Part shown: piece by piece, positions 1-9,927 of the stretch
Layout of the letters: every line of letters starts with the position of its first letter
Position numbering within the stretch: the first letter of the stretch is position 1
Made by a program: the position numbers and the translations under genes
Notes under the pieces: model-generated
Database searches by the model: none
Seen by the model: the letters and a program-made list of their open reading frames with translations, nothing else
What the model was told of the DNA's origin: nothing
Source: Sphingobacteriales bacterium
Lineage (GTDB): Bacteria > Bacteroidota > Bacteroidia > Chitinophagales > JADIYW01
DNA: 64,000 nucleotides
Assembly (NCBI GenBank): GCA_947460245.1
Contig: CANHGL010000001.1
Coordinates: forward strand, 200,437 to 264,436
Reading direction: 5' to 3'

Positions 1-733
1 TAATATAATCATACTTTACTTCCCATAAAAATAATCCCCTTGCCGGAACAGCAATCTTTACTTCTAGTGGATACACATCCTTAACAGCTTTAATTACTTC
101 CTGTTCACTCAACCTACCTTCGCCCACCATTATCAGTGCAGCTGTCATCCTTCTCACCATATTTCTCAGAAACCGATCGGCAGTAACTGTAAATACCAAG
201 CCATTATCTGATCTTTCCCAAGATGCCGACTGCAGCGTACATACTGAGGTCTTATTATCACTACCTTTCTTCTCAAAACAAGAAAAATCAAATGTGCCAA
301 ATAACTGGCTTATGCAATTATTCATTTTCTCAATATCCGGATTTGACTGGTATAAAAGAAAGCTATTATCCTCTAAAAATGGATTTTTAGCAAAATGGAT
401 AAAATATTTATATGTTCTGCTCCTCGCATCAAAACGCGCATGTAAGCCAGGATACACCTCTTTTATTCCATGAATAGCAATATCTTCTGGCAGCATACGA
501 TTGATACGGTATAAGAAATTCTCCGGCAATGTCTGATCCAAATCTAAGTGTGCGAAATATTGCTTGGCATGAACCCCAGTATCTGTTCTGCCGCAACCCA
601 CTAACTCTACAACTTGATTCAGCAGGATAGAAAGATGGAGCTCTATAACTTCCTGAACGGAAGTTGCATTCTCCTGTCGCTGCCAACCGGAATAGTTTTT
701 ACCATGATAAGAGAGCTCTAAAAAATAGCGCAT
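1..733 (-). CDS. truA: tRNA pseudouridine(38-40) synthase TruA; its 3' end runs off the window edge
   Basis: Absent from the ORF track because it is open at the window edge. Reverse-strand translation from the ATG (complement of 731-733) reads MRYFLELSYHGKNYSGWQRQ...VELVGCGRTDTGVHAKQYFAHLD...HARFDARSRTYKY...VPARGLFLWEVKYDYI. It has the GRTDxGVHA catalytic-Asp motif and a TruA-like layout. Track ORF 429..686(-) is an out-of-frame artefact inside it. Confidence 0.85.
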   Translation of the reverse strand, partial: MRYFLELSYHGKNYSGWQRQENATSVQEVIELHLSILLNQVVELVGCGRTDTGVHAKQYFAHLDLDQTLPENFLYRINRMLPEDIAIHGIKEVYPGLHARFDARSRTYKYFIHFAKNPFLEDNSFLLYQSNPDIEKMNNCISQLFGTFDFSCFEKKGSDNKTSVCTLQSASWERSDNGLVFTVTADRFLRNMVRRMTAALIMVGEGRLSEQEVIKAVKDVYPLEVKIAVPARGLFLWEVKYDYI

Positions 734-840
734 AATAGACCAACGGATAATACTGCAAGATATGGCATTTTAAGAAATTGTAGGTGAGTTCTTCTTTTAT
801 TACTAAATTTAGTGGCTGATTTTAAATTAAACCAATAATC

Positions 841-1254
841 ATGATACAGCGCATACAATCTATATATTTGAGCCTGGCAGCCATTGCCGGAGTAGTATTT
901 ATATTTCTACCATTCGGAAACATAAACAAAGAGGGCAAGATGATTGCATTAAATGCTTTAATGAATCCCATATTCTGTATATCCATAATAACAATAAGTG
1001 CTTTTGCACTTATAAGTATTTTCCTTTTTAAAAATAGAAAACTTCAAATGCGTTTTGTGCTATTAAATATTCTATTATCCTCCCTTTTGCTTTTGGTATT
1101 TATTTATGGCATATACAACCACATTCAACAAGATCAGCTGAGTCCCTCCTTCGGGGTTGTACTTCCTCTTTTTATGCTGCTTTTTAATTTCCTTGCCTAC
1201 AAAGGCATCCAGCACGATGAATTATTGGTAAAATCAATGGATAGACTAAGGTAA
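841..1254 (+). CDS. small integral membrane protein (DUF4293-like, about 4 TM helices)
   Basis: 137-aa ORF with four hydrophobic segments (LSLAAIAGVVFIFLPF, ISIITISAFALISIFLF, VLLNILLSSLLLLVFIYGI, VVLPLFMLLFNFLAY). The family name is recalled from Bacteroidota homologues and was not searched. Confidence 0.55.
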   Translation: MIQRIQSIYLSLAAIAGVVFIFLPFGNINKEGKMIALNALMNPIFCISIITISAFALISIFLFKNRKLQMRFVLLNILLSSLLLLVFIYGIYNHIQQDQLSPSFGVVLPLFMLLFNFLAYKGIQHDELLVKSMDRLR

Positions 1255-1260
1255 TACGGA

Positions 1261-2094
1261 TTAAAATTTCCAGATCTCTACATAATCCTCTTTATTTAAT
1301 CCACAGAGAACAGTCTTGCCAATTTGTATATTTTTCAGATTAGGAGTTTGCGTATATCTAGTTTCTGTAAAAGTGAGATTATCATAGCTGAAGATATAAT
1401 CGCCCTTGAGGTAATAGATTACTCCATCAATTACCCTAAGATTTTTAGTGTCAGTTATAGGAATCTGTTTTATGTAATTCCCTTGATTGTCGAATATAAA
1501 TAAGCCATCCCTTACGTCTGCTAGATAAAGCAGTATGCCTGATTCAATAATTTGTCTAGGATTTATAGACTTGCCTACAAGCATAGATAGTGTATTACTA
1601 GAAAAAATTGGCTTTTGATCTTTATCCAATTTTATAAGTCGCTGTGTTGCGACATCCCAAATCCATAAATAGTTATTATCATAGGATACCCCTACACAGG
1701 TTATGATATACGTTCCAAGCGCTAATGCATCAATCACACTTAGCTCTCTAAGCCGGTTATCGAGTTGTATTATTTTACCATAATCCGGAGAGAATAAAAT
1801 TGTCTTAAATCCATTCATACTAACTATCTGCGTGCGCTCATTAATATAAATACTGCCATACGACTGCATCAATCTGCCTTCAGCATCATATCTCTCAAGC
1901 ATCCCCTTATGCAAAAGAAAAATATCATTAGTAGTATTAATAAAAATATCCAGAGGTTTCTTAGCAATCGTCTTTATAAATGTCGGAGTAGCAGCATACG
2001 AAGAATAGGAAACCAATAGAAAAAAATACAGCAACACAACCTTTACAGATTTGTTAATAAAAAGACCATTACTTAAAGAGTATCCCTTTTTCAT
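1261..2094 (-). CDS. hypothetical secreted protein, possibly beta-propeller-like
   Basis: 277-aa ORF with an N-terminal signal-like segment (VVLLYFFLLVSYSSYAA). The sequence is beta-strand rich and repetitive (Y/I/D/G). Its start overlaps the upstream lpxH-like stop by 4 nt (2091-2094). Confidence 0.5.
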   Translation of the reverse strand: MKKGYSLSNGLFINKSVKVVLLYFFLLVSYSSYAATPTFIKTIAKKPLDIFINTTNDIFLLHKGMLERYDAEGRLMQSYGSIYINERTQIVSMNGFKTILFSPDYGKIIQLDNRLRELSVIDALALGTYIITCVGVSYDNNYLWIWDVATQRLIKLDKDQKPIFSSNTLSMLVGKSINPRQIIESGILLYLADVRDGLFIFDNQGNYIKQIPITDTKNLRVIDGVIYYLKGDYIFSYDNLTFTETRYTQTPNLKNIQIGKTVLCGLNKEDYVEIWKF

Positions 2095-2873
2095 TCAAAC
2101 TTTATTAAACGCACATCGTGCCCATCAAATTCTGCATAGTTGCAATTGAGTATCCAATCACCCAAATTTATATATCTGCTGTTGACGTTCAACTGGATAT
2201 CCATAGGTAAATGTCTGTGCCCCATCAGGAAAAAGTCATGATGCGATTGTTCTAATTTCCTGGAACAGTACTGAATCAACCATTCTTTATGTTCACCGTG
2301 AAAGACTTCTAAAGCCGGATCTGTAAAATTATGACGACTCCAGAATTGTGCAATAGCAACTCCAATATCAGGATGTAACCACCGAAACAACCACTGACAG
2401 ATTCTATTGGTGAACACTTTTTTTAAGAACTTATATTTTTTATCTCCCGGGCCAAGACCATCTCCGTGAGCAATAAATATGGACTTACCTGCACAGTCGA
2501 GAATAGTTTTATGCTTAAAGACCTTAGCCCCAATTTCTTCCTGTAAGTAATCCCCTAACCAAAGGTCATGATTACCGGTGAAAATAAAAATCTCTATTCC
2601 CCTTTCTCTTAATGTTGCCAGCTTTGCAAGGAATCTCACGAAACCCTTTGGCACCACCTTTTTATATTCAAACCAAAAATCAAAGCTATCTCCTACAAAA
2701 AAAATAGACTGTGCCTGCTCCTCTATAGAATCAAGGAAACGCAGTAATTTATGTTCACGTTCACGACTCAGCTTATTGTTGGGTGCCCCAAAATGCATAT
2801 CGGAAAGAAAATAAAGTTTCTTGTCAGATTGTAACGTTATAATATGGTGTTGTTCTTTTGTCACAGCATTCAT
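2091..2873 (-). CDS. lpxH: UDP-2,3-diacylglucosamine diphosphatase-like metallophosphoesterase (LpxH family)
   Basis: Calcineurin-type phosphoesterase motifs occur in order: LSDMHFG, FVGDSFDFW, TGNHDLW, IAHGDG, GHRHLP. The GDxFDFW spacing is typical of LpxH. Confidence 0.75.
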   Translation of the reverse strand: MNAVTKEQHHIITLQSDKKLYFLSDMHFGAPNNKLSREREHKLLRFLDSIEEQAQSIFFVGDSFDFWFEYKKVVPKGFVRFLAKLATLRERGIEIFIFTGNHDLWLGDYLQEEIGAKVFKHKTILDCAGKSIFIAHGDGLGPGDKKYKFLKKVFTNRICQWLFRWLHPDIGVAIAQFWSRHNFTDPALEVFHGEHKEWLIQYCSRKLEQSHHDFFLMGHRHLPMDIQLNVNSRYINLGDWILNCNYAEFDGHDVRLIKFE

Positions 2874-2991
2874 CTGACTCTAAATTACTAAAAATTCAGA
2901 GAATAACAGGAAAGACAAACTACAGAATAGTAAATCTACCAAACACTAAGTAGAAAGCTGAAAATTAGCTATTTTGCACATCAATAAAAAG

Positions 2992-4206
2992 ATGAAAACA
3001 AACATAGAAGGGTATATAAAAGAGGGTTTTGAAAATGTAGAATATGCCTTCAGGGAAAATTTCGATAAGAGAGGAGAAGTTGGTGCATCCTGTTGTGTTT
3101 ACTACCAAGGGGAAAAAGTAGTTGATCTCTGGGGTGGATTCAGAAATAAGTCAAAGACGGAATTATGGGAAGAGAATACGCTTGCCATTGTCTTTTCCTC
3201 TACCAAAGGTATGTCATCATTAGCCTTCTCTATATTACATTCAAAGGGTCTTATTGATTTCGAAGAAAAAGTGTCTGCTTATTGGGCAGAATTCAGCTTT
3301 AATGGTAAAGAAAATATTACTGTCCGCCAGCTGCTAGCACATCAAGCAGGGCTATATACCAATGATAAATCCTTCAGTCTAGAAATATTAAAAGATGAAG
3401 AGAAGCTGTCGAAGCAGCTTGCCAAACAAAAGCCTTACTGGACACCAGGAGAGGCACGAGGTTATCATGCATGGACTATAGCAATGTATCAAAATGAATT
3501 GTGCAAACGTATAGATCCCCTTAAACGACCATTGCACCTCTTCTTTAAAGAAGAAATAGCAGATCCATTAGGTATTGATTTTACAATAGGATGTAACGAA
3601 ACCATTACAGATAACCAAATTGCAGAGATTATTCCATTTTTGCCACTTGAGCTATTCCGAGGTGGAAACACAGACTTCCCGAGGATTGCAAAAGGAATAC
3701 TGAACCCCTTCTCTCATTTTTATAAGTCAATGCTCAATCCACCGCATGCTATAAATCTAAAAAATTTTAATAAACGTAAGTTTACTTCCATACCTAATGG
3801 ATCTGCGCATGGTTATGGAAATGCCCGTTCTATTGCGAAAGCATATAATGAATTTGCAACAGGATGCAAGGTGTTGAATATTAGGAAGGAAACATTAGAG
3901 CAATTAGAAGCACCCCCTATCTATCCTAAGGGTAGCAAAGCAGACCTAGTTTTAAATGTAGACATACCGTTCTCACTCGGATTTGCAAAGCCCTCCAGTT
4001 ATCAGCATTTCGGAAGCAGCCATAGAAGTTATGGATCTTTTGGTGCCGGCGGATCAGGTGGCTTTGCAGATCCCGATCGGGAAATTGCATTCTCCTATGT
4101 AATGAACAAAATGGGAACACACATTGCTAATGATCCAAGAGAAACGTCGCTAAGACGAGCTACTTATGATTGTATATATAAACTGGAGAGTAACGGTAAA
4201 TTATAA
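2992..4206 (+). CDS. serine hydrolase, class C beta-lactamase / family VIII esterase type
   Basis: SxxK nucleophile motif FSSTKGM near the N-terminus and a C-terminal GAGGSGGFADP box. The track ORF starts at TTG 2974; ATG 2992 (MKTNIEGY) is the more likely start. Confidence 0.7.
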   Translation: MKTNIEGYIKEGFENVEYAFRENFDKRGEVGASCCVYYQGEKVVDLWGGFRNKSKTELWEENTLAIVFSSTKGMSSLAFSILHSKGLIDFEEKVSAYWAEFSFNGKENITVRQLLAHQAGLYTNDKSFSLEILKDEEKLSKQLAKQKPYWTPGEARGYHAWTIAMYQNELCKRIDPLKRPLHLFFKEEIADPLGIDFTIGCNETITDNQIAEIIPFLPLELFRGGNTDFPRIAKGILNPFSHFYKSMLNPPHAINLKNFNKRKFTSIPNGSAHGYGNARSIAKAYNEFATGCKVLNIRKETLEQLEAPPIYPKGSKADLVLNVDIPFSLGFAKPSSYQHFGSSHRSYGSFGAGGSGGFADPDREIAFSYVMNKMGTHIANDPRETSLRRATYDCIYKLESNGKL

Positions 4207-4354
4207 TGTATTTACTGATAAGCTGTCCGCTTCAATCCTATAACATTAGCGTTTGTCAAACATATCAGATAGCTTAAAGGCTATAACCTCAAAAATGGAT
4301 GGTCTATTAGATCTGCAGTATAATACACCTACAACGACCTATAATATAAAACAA

Positions 4355-5866
4355 CTATTCCTTCGTTAAAAGACCATAACTATATACACTTTCCAATTGA
4401 TTTTCTTGAAGACCTTCTTTCGTTAAAATAGCATTCGCAGCCATCGCGCCACTAGTATATGCTGCCTCCATTAACATTGCCGGAACCGGAAGTTTTACCC
4501 AATCACCAGCCAAAAATAAAGCAGGAATTTCAGTGTGCACTGTGGGCCTCTGCTCGTATTGGTTCAAGTGAAAGGCAGGGAAGTCACTTCTGTGTTGGAA
4601 ATATTCATGTACTATCTTTAGGCCTCTTAACTCTGGAAGGAAATAATACATCTCATCCAGCAATTGTTGCTTAATAAGCGCATCATCGAAGAGATCATCA
4701 GGAAGAGAATAGGAATGTAATTCGAAAATTCCTCCATTATTTTTTACGCTCCATGCTTCGGATTCTTTCTCCATCTTATGATAGAAGGTGACGCTATCTA
4801 AAGATTTTAATCGATCAGTAAAGATGAAAAAAGGCAATGTTTTATCTTTTTCAAATCTATCCGTCCAAATTCTGAGCACCGCATATCTGTCTGTACAGCG
4901 TAGCGCATCAGTTTCTTGCTGAAACTGAGTGAACCCTTCTAGACCTTTTGAGTTTTGGATTAAAGGTTTGGCATGTTTTACATCCAGACTGAGTACACAG
5001 TAATCAAATTGCTCTCCTTGAATTAAAAATTTATTATTGCTGTATTCCAATGCATCTACACTACTATTCCTTTTTATTATACCCTTGTTTTTTATAATAA
5101 ATTCTTCTATAGGACGCAGAAAAGTATGCTCAAAGTCATCATCCAGTACATCATAAATCAATCCATCATCATTGCTCAAAAAATAAAAATGAAATCCCTT
5201 GATAAGCTCTGCAAGGCTCATTTTATGAGGCTCTGCAAAGAAAGCCCTAGCAAAACTATTAAATACCAAACGCATATTCTTGGGCATTCTTGTTTGTTTT
5301 GCAAAAGACTCAAAGCTTACACCATCATATTTTTTAAATGTTTTTTCAGGATGATAACGAAGTAGCTTTAGATATGCAATGGATAATGGATTGATGAATG
5401 TCCACAAGTTAACCACCCCCTTTTTGCGCAGGTCGAATATATTAAACCCCGGAGTATTATCAATCCCCAAAAAGCCCTGCTGTTTTCCATCCTGGTAAAA
5501 GATTACATAATCATCAATAGGGATAAGATGTTTGAAGATATCCAACTTCTTCATAAAATTCCTAAGATTGTAATACTGCCTGAAGAATGCATGGAATCCG
5601 TGTTCTACCTGTAAGGTCTCCCCATTGCTCTGAAACTTCCAAGATCCCAACTTACCTCCGAGATATTCATTCTTTTCAAAAATCGTAACCTCAAAACCGC
5701 GTTCTGATAAATTAGCAGCAGTGCTTAAGCCTGCAATACCACCACCTATTACAGCTACTTTTTTAGCAGAGGATATAACAAGCGGAAGCGAAGTGTCTAC
5801 CTTATTAATATCTACCTTATAACCCCTCAGTTTTTGTTTAATCTTCTTTTTCAGCCAGCTTCTCAT
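4355..5866 (-). CDS. FAD-dependent amine-oxidase/PDS-type oxidoreductase, candidate carotenoid desaturase (CrtU/CruE-like?)
   Basis: Dinucleotide fold VAVIGGGIAGLSTAANLSERGFEVTIFEKNEYLGGK and a C-terminal LFLAGDW...EAAYTSG motif typical of plant-type PDS, ZDS and CrtU flavoproteins. It is last in the carotenoid operon. Two in-frame ATGs exist (5917 and 5866); I chose 5866, which still overlaps the Rieske stop by 29 nt. Confidence 0.55.
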   Translation of the reverse strand: MRSWLKKKIKQKLRGYKVDINKVDTSLPLVISSAKKVAVIGGGIAGLSTAANLSERGFEVTIFEKNEYLGGKLGSWKFQSNGETLQVEHGFHAFFRQYYNLRNFMKKLDIFKHLIPIDDYVIFYQDGKQQGFLGIDNTPGFNIFDLRKKGVVNLWTFINPLSIAYLKLLRYHPEKTFKKYDGVSFESFAKQTRMPKNMRLVFNSFARAFFAEPHKMSLAELIKGFHFYFLSNDDGLIYDVLDDDFEHTFLRPIEEFIIKNKGIIKRNSSVDALEYSNNKFLIQGEQFDYCVLSLDVKHAKPLIQNSKGLEGFTQFQQETDALRCTDRYAVLRIWTDRFEKDKTLPFFIFTDRLKSLDSVTFYHKMEKESEAWSVKNNGGIFELHSYSLPDDLFDDALIKQQLLDEMYYFLPELRGLKIVHEYFQHRSDFPAFHLNQYEQRPTVHTEIPALFLAGDWVKLPVPAMLMEAAYTSGAMAANAILTKEGLQENQLESVYSYGLLTKE

Positions 5867-6842
5867 GTGTTGTAGTCTTTCTTTTCCATAATTTAATAAA
5901 CTCAAAAGTAACCTCATCTGACTTAATAAGCAGATCCTTCGCGCCTGTCTCCGCTTTTATTCGCTTATTATTTTCTAAGAAGGCAATATCTTCACGAACT
6001 ATGTTAATAGACTTACGAAGCATAAACCAACGAGCAAATGGCGGGAATAAATCAAGTATATTCTTCCATAAGGTTATCTGACACATACACACAAGGCGAT
6101 CATCTACCTGATAGAAATGCTCATAGATCACCATTCTTCTCTTTTTAAAACGGATATCTAATTTTGAAATATTTGGAAACCAAAATCCAAAATATGTTTC
6201 CACCTTCTTGTTGAATCCAAAATAGTATTTCTCGAATAGGGTCCTATCATTGTCTCTAAAATAATTTCCCACTATAGCATTTTCAGATACCTGCATATTA
6301 AAATCCATACGCTCATCCTTCAATGCTCCCATCATTCCTTTTATAGAATTCCTATGCACATGATTGATGTGATATGCATCAAACAAACTCTCTGCAACCA
6401 ACTGAAGATCTGCATCTATAAAATGGTAGTTATATACCATAGGATATTCATCCATCTCCGACATCGGTGGAATCAGAGATTCATCTATTCTAGCATCCTC
6501 ACCTATCCATACCCATACACAACGGTGTTTTATAATAACGGTATAGGCCTTTACCTTGGCACCTGCCGGAATCCGCTCTTCATTAGAAAGAGAAGGAATT
6601 CTCACGCATTTACCATCGCAATTATACTCCCAGCCATGATATCCGCATTTTATATTTTCGCCTTGAATATACCCAAGAGAGAGATTAACATTACGATGAC
6701 AGCATCGATCTTCAATCACACTTATCTTACCGCTTTCTGTCCTAAAGATTACCAGTTCCTCTCCACATATCTTCTTTTTGAGGGGATTCTGAACCTTTAA
6801 CTCGTCTTCGAGACAAGCAATATACCATTGATTTATTATCAT
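5838..6842 (-). CDS. Rieske [2Fe-2S] non-haem-iron oxygenase (PaO/CAO-like)
   Basis: Rieske ligand boxes CCHRNVNLSLG and CGYHGWEY are about 20 aa apart. A mononuclear-iron-like region DAYHINHVH follows. Confidence 0.75.
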   Translation of the reverse strand: MIINQWYIACLEDELKVQNPLKKKICGEELVIFRTESGKISVIEDRCCHRNVNLSLGYIQGENIKCGYHGWEYNCDGKCVRIPSLSNEERIPAGAKVKAYTVIIKHRCVWVWIGEDARIDESLIPPMSEMDEYPMVYNYHFIDADLQLVAESLFDAYHINHVHRNSIKGMMGALKDERMDFNMQVSENAIVGNYFRDNDRTLFEKYYFGFNKKVETYFGFWFPNISKLDIRFKKRRMVIYEHFYQVDDRLVCMCQITLWKNILDLFPPFARWFMLRKSINIVREDIAFLENNKRIKAETGAKDLLIKSDEVTFEFIKLWKRKTTTHEKLAEKED

Positions 6843-6899
6843 ACCCGAAAATACTGAATTTGAGGAATACTATTAACAAATAAGGGATAGAATTGTTGC

Positions 6900-7550
6900 T
6901 TAAGGCAGTAATACATTCAACAATCCAAAAAATAAAAACTGAATCAACAACACCACATAGGAGAACTTATTTTCTATAGCCCCATTCAATTCTCTGTAAG
7001 CATAAAACAATAGTCCTGAAATCAAATACCAGGCAATATAATTCTGGAGCGGAATTACATCTTTATTCCATTGCCAAAAATCTAACTTTATTGCTATTGG
7101 TTCTATAAAAAAATCCAGTAGTGTCATAATACCTGCAGCTATCAATGCAAAAAGAAAAGTACTGCGAATCTTACTAAGGGATCCAGATATTGCATATATC
7201 AAGAGCAACCAATTCAAACCTATAACTACGGGTACCTCTAAAATTTTAAATCCAAGATTCTCTCCGTAATAATACGTTCCAAAAATATTTCCTGTTCGTA
7301 CTCCTAGCACCTCCACAAAAAATCCTACCAGAGCGATACAAATGGAAGACCCAATAAAGACAGTATTCCATTTTTTATGAAATAATAAAAGAAAAAACGC
7401 AGTAACAGTAAGATTTAACGGCGTTAGCTTTAGAAATAGCAAACGATCTTCCGTCGAGGCAAGGCAGATTCCTGATATACCAACAATGTAAATAACTGTA
7501 AGATTAAATACAAAGACAGCGTACTTGTTATTTTTTATGAATGAGCTCAT
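6900..7550 (-). CDS. cruF: carotenoid biosynthesis membrane protein (DUF422 / CruF-like carotenoid 1,2-hydratase candidate)
   Basis: 216-aa polytopic protein with GVRTGNIFGTYYYGENLG...VPVVIGLNW and FIEPIAIKLDFWQW, which I recognise as the DUF422 carotenoid family. It overlaps the crtD-like stop by 23 nt. Confidence 0.6.
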   Translation of the reverse strand: MSSFIKNNKYAVFVFNLTVIYIVGISGICLASTEDRLLFLKLTPLNLTVTAFFLLLFHKKWNTVFIGSSICIALVGFFVEVLGVRTGNIFGTYYYGENLGFKILEVPVVIGLNWLLLIYAISGSLSKIRSTFLFALIAAGIMTLLDFFIEPIAIKLDFWQWNKDVIPLQNYIAWYLISGLLFYAYRELNGAIENKFSYVVLLIQFLFFGLLNVLLP

Positions 7551-8988
7551 CTACAATTTTAGCTGATAATACACTTAGCGGTATCCCACCCCCTGGATGA
7601 ACACTACCCCCACAGAAATATAAACCTTGAATAGTGCTACTATCATTGGCATGACGCAGAAATGCAGCAAACTTATTATTGGAACTACTCCCATAAAGAG
7701 AACCTTGATAAGAAGAAGTTTTTTGCTCAATAATACGGGGCTCTAACACATCTTCTGCATCAATCAGAGACTCAATATCCTCACCAAGAACTCTGCTTAA
7801 TTTCTCAATCACATTTTTTCTTGTTCTGGAAACCAATACATCCCAGTCCTGTCCGGTATTCGGTGGCGTATTCACCATTACAAACCAATTTTCACAACCT
7901 TTTGGTGCATCATCTTCTTTAAACTTAGAGGATATATTGATATAAATAGTGAGATCATCTGCTATTGATCGCGCTTTAAAAAATACATCAAATTCCTTTT
8001 TGTAATCATCGCTAAAGAAAATATTATGAAGCCCTAGCTGAGGAAACACTTTCTTGATGCCCAGATAAAAAACCATTGCAGACAGCGCACGAGGCTGATT
8101 CAATACCTTATCCGGACTTTTCTGTGATGGCATTAATCGCTTATAGGTGTACATTACATCCATATTACTCACAACCATATCCAAGGCCCATAATGCTCCG
8201 TCTGAAGATTTAAGCCCCTTTACTTTATTTTTTTCTGTAACTATCTCTACTATTCTGGTATTGAAATGGAAATGCACCCCCAATTCTTCAGCGAAGCGAT
8301 GAATTGCTTTTGTAATAGAATACATTCCTCCTTTAGGGAAGAATGCGCCAACATGATGCTCAAGGTGAGGGATAATATTAAGTGTGCCAGGTGCCTCATA
8401 TGGATTCGATCCATTATAAGTAGCAAATCTGTCAAAGTACTGAACCATCTTTGGATGTTTCATCCTCTTTTTGTTGGTTTCATGCATTGTATTGAATATA
8501 TCCAACGCTCCGAGCCTCGTACCTATTTTTAATAAATCAAAAGAAGTAAGTTGTATAGGATTATGAAGAAAAGCCTCTGCTGACAAATCAAAGATTTCTC
8601 TGCTTTTTTGTAGATGGTCAAGAATGACTTCCTCCTTAATGCCGAACTTGCGTTCTATATCTTGTGCAAATAAAACCGGATCAGCATCTGAATTAAACTG
8701 AGTACCGTCCTGGAAAAAATAATGCGTAATAGGATCCAATCTGTCGTAGGGGCAATAATCCGAAAATTTCTTGCCTGCCAACGCAAAGAGATCTTCAAGG
8801 TATTGAGGCATGGTAAATAAACTTGGGCCCGCATCGAAACGATACTCACCTACTTCTATTTCGGATAATTTCCCTCCCGGATAAGCATTGGCTTCGAAGG
8901 CATGGACCTCATGCCCACGAACCGCCATTCTGACTGCTGCAGATAATCCTGCAACACCTGTTCCTATAATTCCTACCTTTTTATTCAT
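7528..8988 (-). CDS. crtD: phytoene desaturase family protein (CrtD-like hydroxycarotenoid 3,4-desaturase)
   Basis: N-terminus KKVGIIGTGVAGLSAAVRMAVRGHEVHAFEANAYPGGKL...FDAGPS and C-terminus GLYFCGGSVHPGGGIP are CrtI-family hallmarks. The CrtD sub-assignment is inferred from the adjacent CruF-like gene. Confidence 0.7.
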   Translation of the reverse strand: MNKKVGIIGTGVAGLSAAVRMAVRGHEVHAFEANAYPGGKLSEIEVGEYRFDAGPSLFTMPQYLEDLFALAGKKFSDYCPYDRLDPITHYFFQDGTQFNSDADPVLFAQDIERKFGIKEEVILDHLQKSREIFDLSAEAFLHNPIQLTSFDLLKIGTRLGALDIFNTMHETNKKRMKHPKMVQYFDRFATYNGSNPYEAPGTLNIIPHLEHHVGAFFPKGGMYSITKAIHRFAEELGVHFHFNTRIVEIVTEKNKVKGLKSSDGALWALDMVVSNMDVMYTYKRLMPSQKSPDKVLNQPRALSAMVFYLGIKKVFPQLGLHNIFFSDDYKKEFDVFFKARSIADDLTIYINISSKFKEDDAPKGCENWFVMVNTPPNTGQDWDVLVSRTRKNVIEKLSRVLGEDIESLIDAEDVLEPRIIEQKTSSYQGSLYGSSSNNKFAAFLRHANDSSTIQGLYFCGGSVHPGGGIPLSVLSAKIVDELIHKK

Positions 8989-9071
8989 TTATGCTAAACA
9001 AGAGATAAAATAAATAGTTTATTCCCTCAAATACTACTTTTTTCTTCTAATTTTATTGCTAAACGATTAAC

Positions 9072-9926
9072 ATGTCAAAGATTAAAGGTGCTAATGTTCT
9101 GGTTACCGGAGGGGCAAACGGAATAGGAAAACTGATGGGGATGAAATGCCTCCAGGAAGGAGCAGCCAATCTCATCATTTGGGACATTAATGAAGAAAAT
9201 CTATTACAAACACAGAAAGAATTCTCGTCTAAGGGATATCGTAATGTATATCCATTTTTAGTAGATGTAGCAAATATTGATGACATTGAGCGATGCGCCA
9301 CTGAGGTTCTCCTGGAAATTGGCAATGTAGACATCCTTTTTAATAATGCGGGGATTGTGGCAGGAAACAAGTCATTCTGGGAATATAGTTCCAAAGACAT
9401 AGAAAAAACTATTCAGATTAATATCAGTGGAGTTATGCATGTAACCCGCGTATTTCTAAAAGATATGATTAAACAGCGTAGGGGGCATGTTGTAAATATC
9501 TCATCTGCCTCTGCACTCATCCCATTGCCTAAAGGCTCTGTATATGCCTCTAGCAAATGGGCAGTATTAGGCTGGAGTGAAAGTTTACGAATGGAATTAG
9601 AGCTGGAAGGCGGAGATTTACATGTTACAACAGTTTGTCCAAGCTATATAGATACCGGCATGTTCAAGGGTGTAAAGGCTCCTATGCTATTTCCGCTTCT
9701 GCAACCAGATGACATTGCTTCAAAAGTGATACGTGCTGTTAAGAAAAATGATATTCTGCTCCTGCAGCCCGATAACGTTAATATCGTTCCTATATTAAAA
9801 GGATTATTCCCACCAAGAATATTTGATACGGTTGCAGGGTGGCTTGGGGTTTATTCTTCTATGAATACCTTTGAAGGAAGACCTGAAGCAGATAAAGTTC
9901 CTGAAAAAAGCGTTAAGGCAAAATAA
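9072..9926 (+). CDS. short-chain dehydrogenase/reductase (SDR)
   Basis: TGGANGIGK cofactor motif, NNAG, and catalytic YASSK (YxxxK). Confidence 0.85.
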   Translation: MSKIKGANVLVTGGANGIGKLMGMKCLQEGAANLIIWDINEENLLQTQKEFSSKGYRNVYPFLVDVANIDDIERCATEVLLEIGNVDILFNNAGIVAGNKSFWEYSSKDIEKTIQINISGVMHVTRVFLKDMIKQRRGHVVNISSASALIPLPKGSVYASSKWAVLGWSESLRMELELEGGDLHVTTVCPSYIDTGMFKGVKAPMLFPLLQPDDIASKVIRAVKKNDILLLQPDNVNIVPILKGLFPPRIFDTVAGWLGVYSSMNTFEGRPEADKVPEKSVKAK

Positions 9927-9927
9927 T

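Noticed and set aside
429-686. An 85-aa minus-strand ORF listed in the track.
   Set aside because: It is out of frame inside the truA coding region. The truA frame, open to the window edge, gives a full TruA-like sequence with the catalytic motif.
5838-5917. An 80-nt overlap between the Rieske gene and the FAD-oxidoreductase ORF, which could indicate a frameshift or pseudogene.
   Set aside because: It is explained by start-codon choice. An in-frame ATG at 5866 shortens the overlap, and the Rossmann motif begins well downstream. Both frames are intact.
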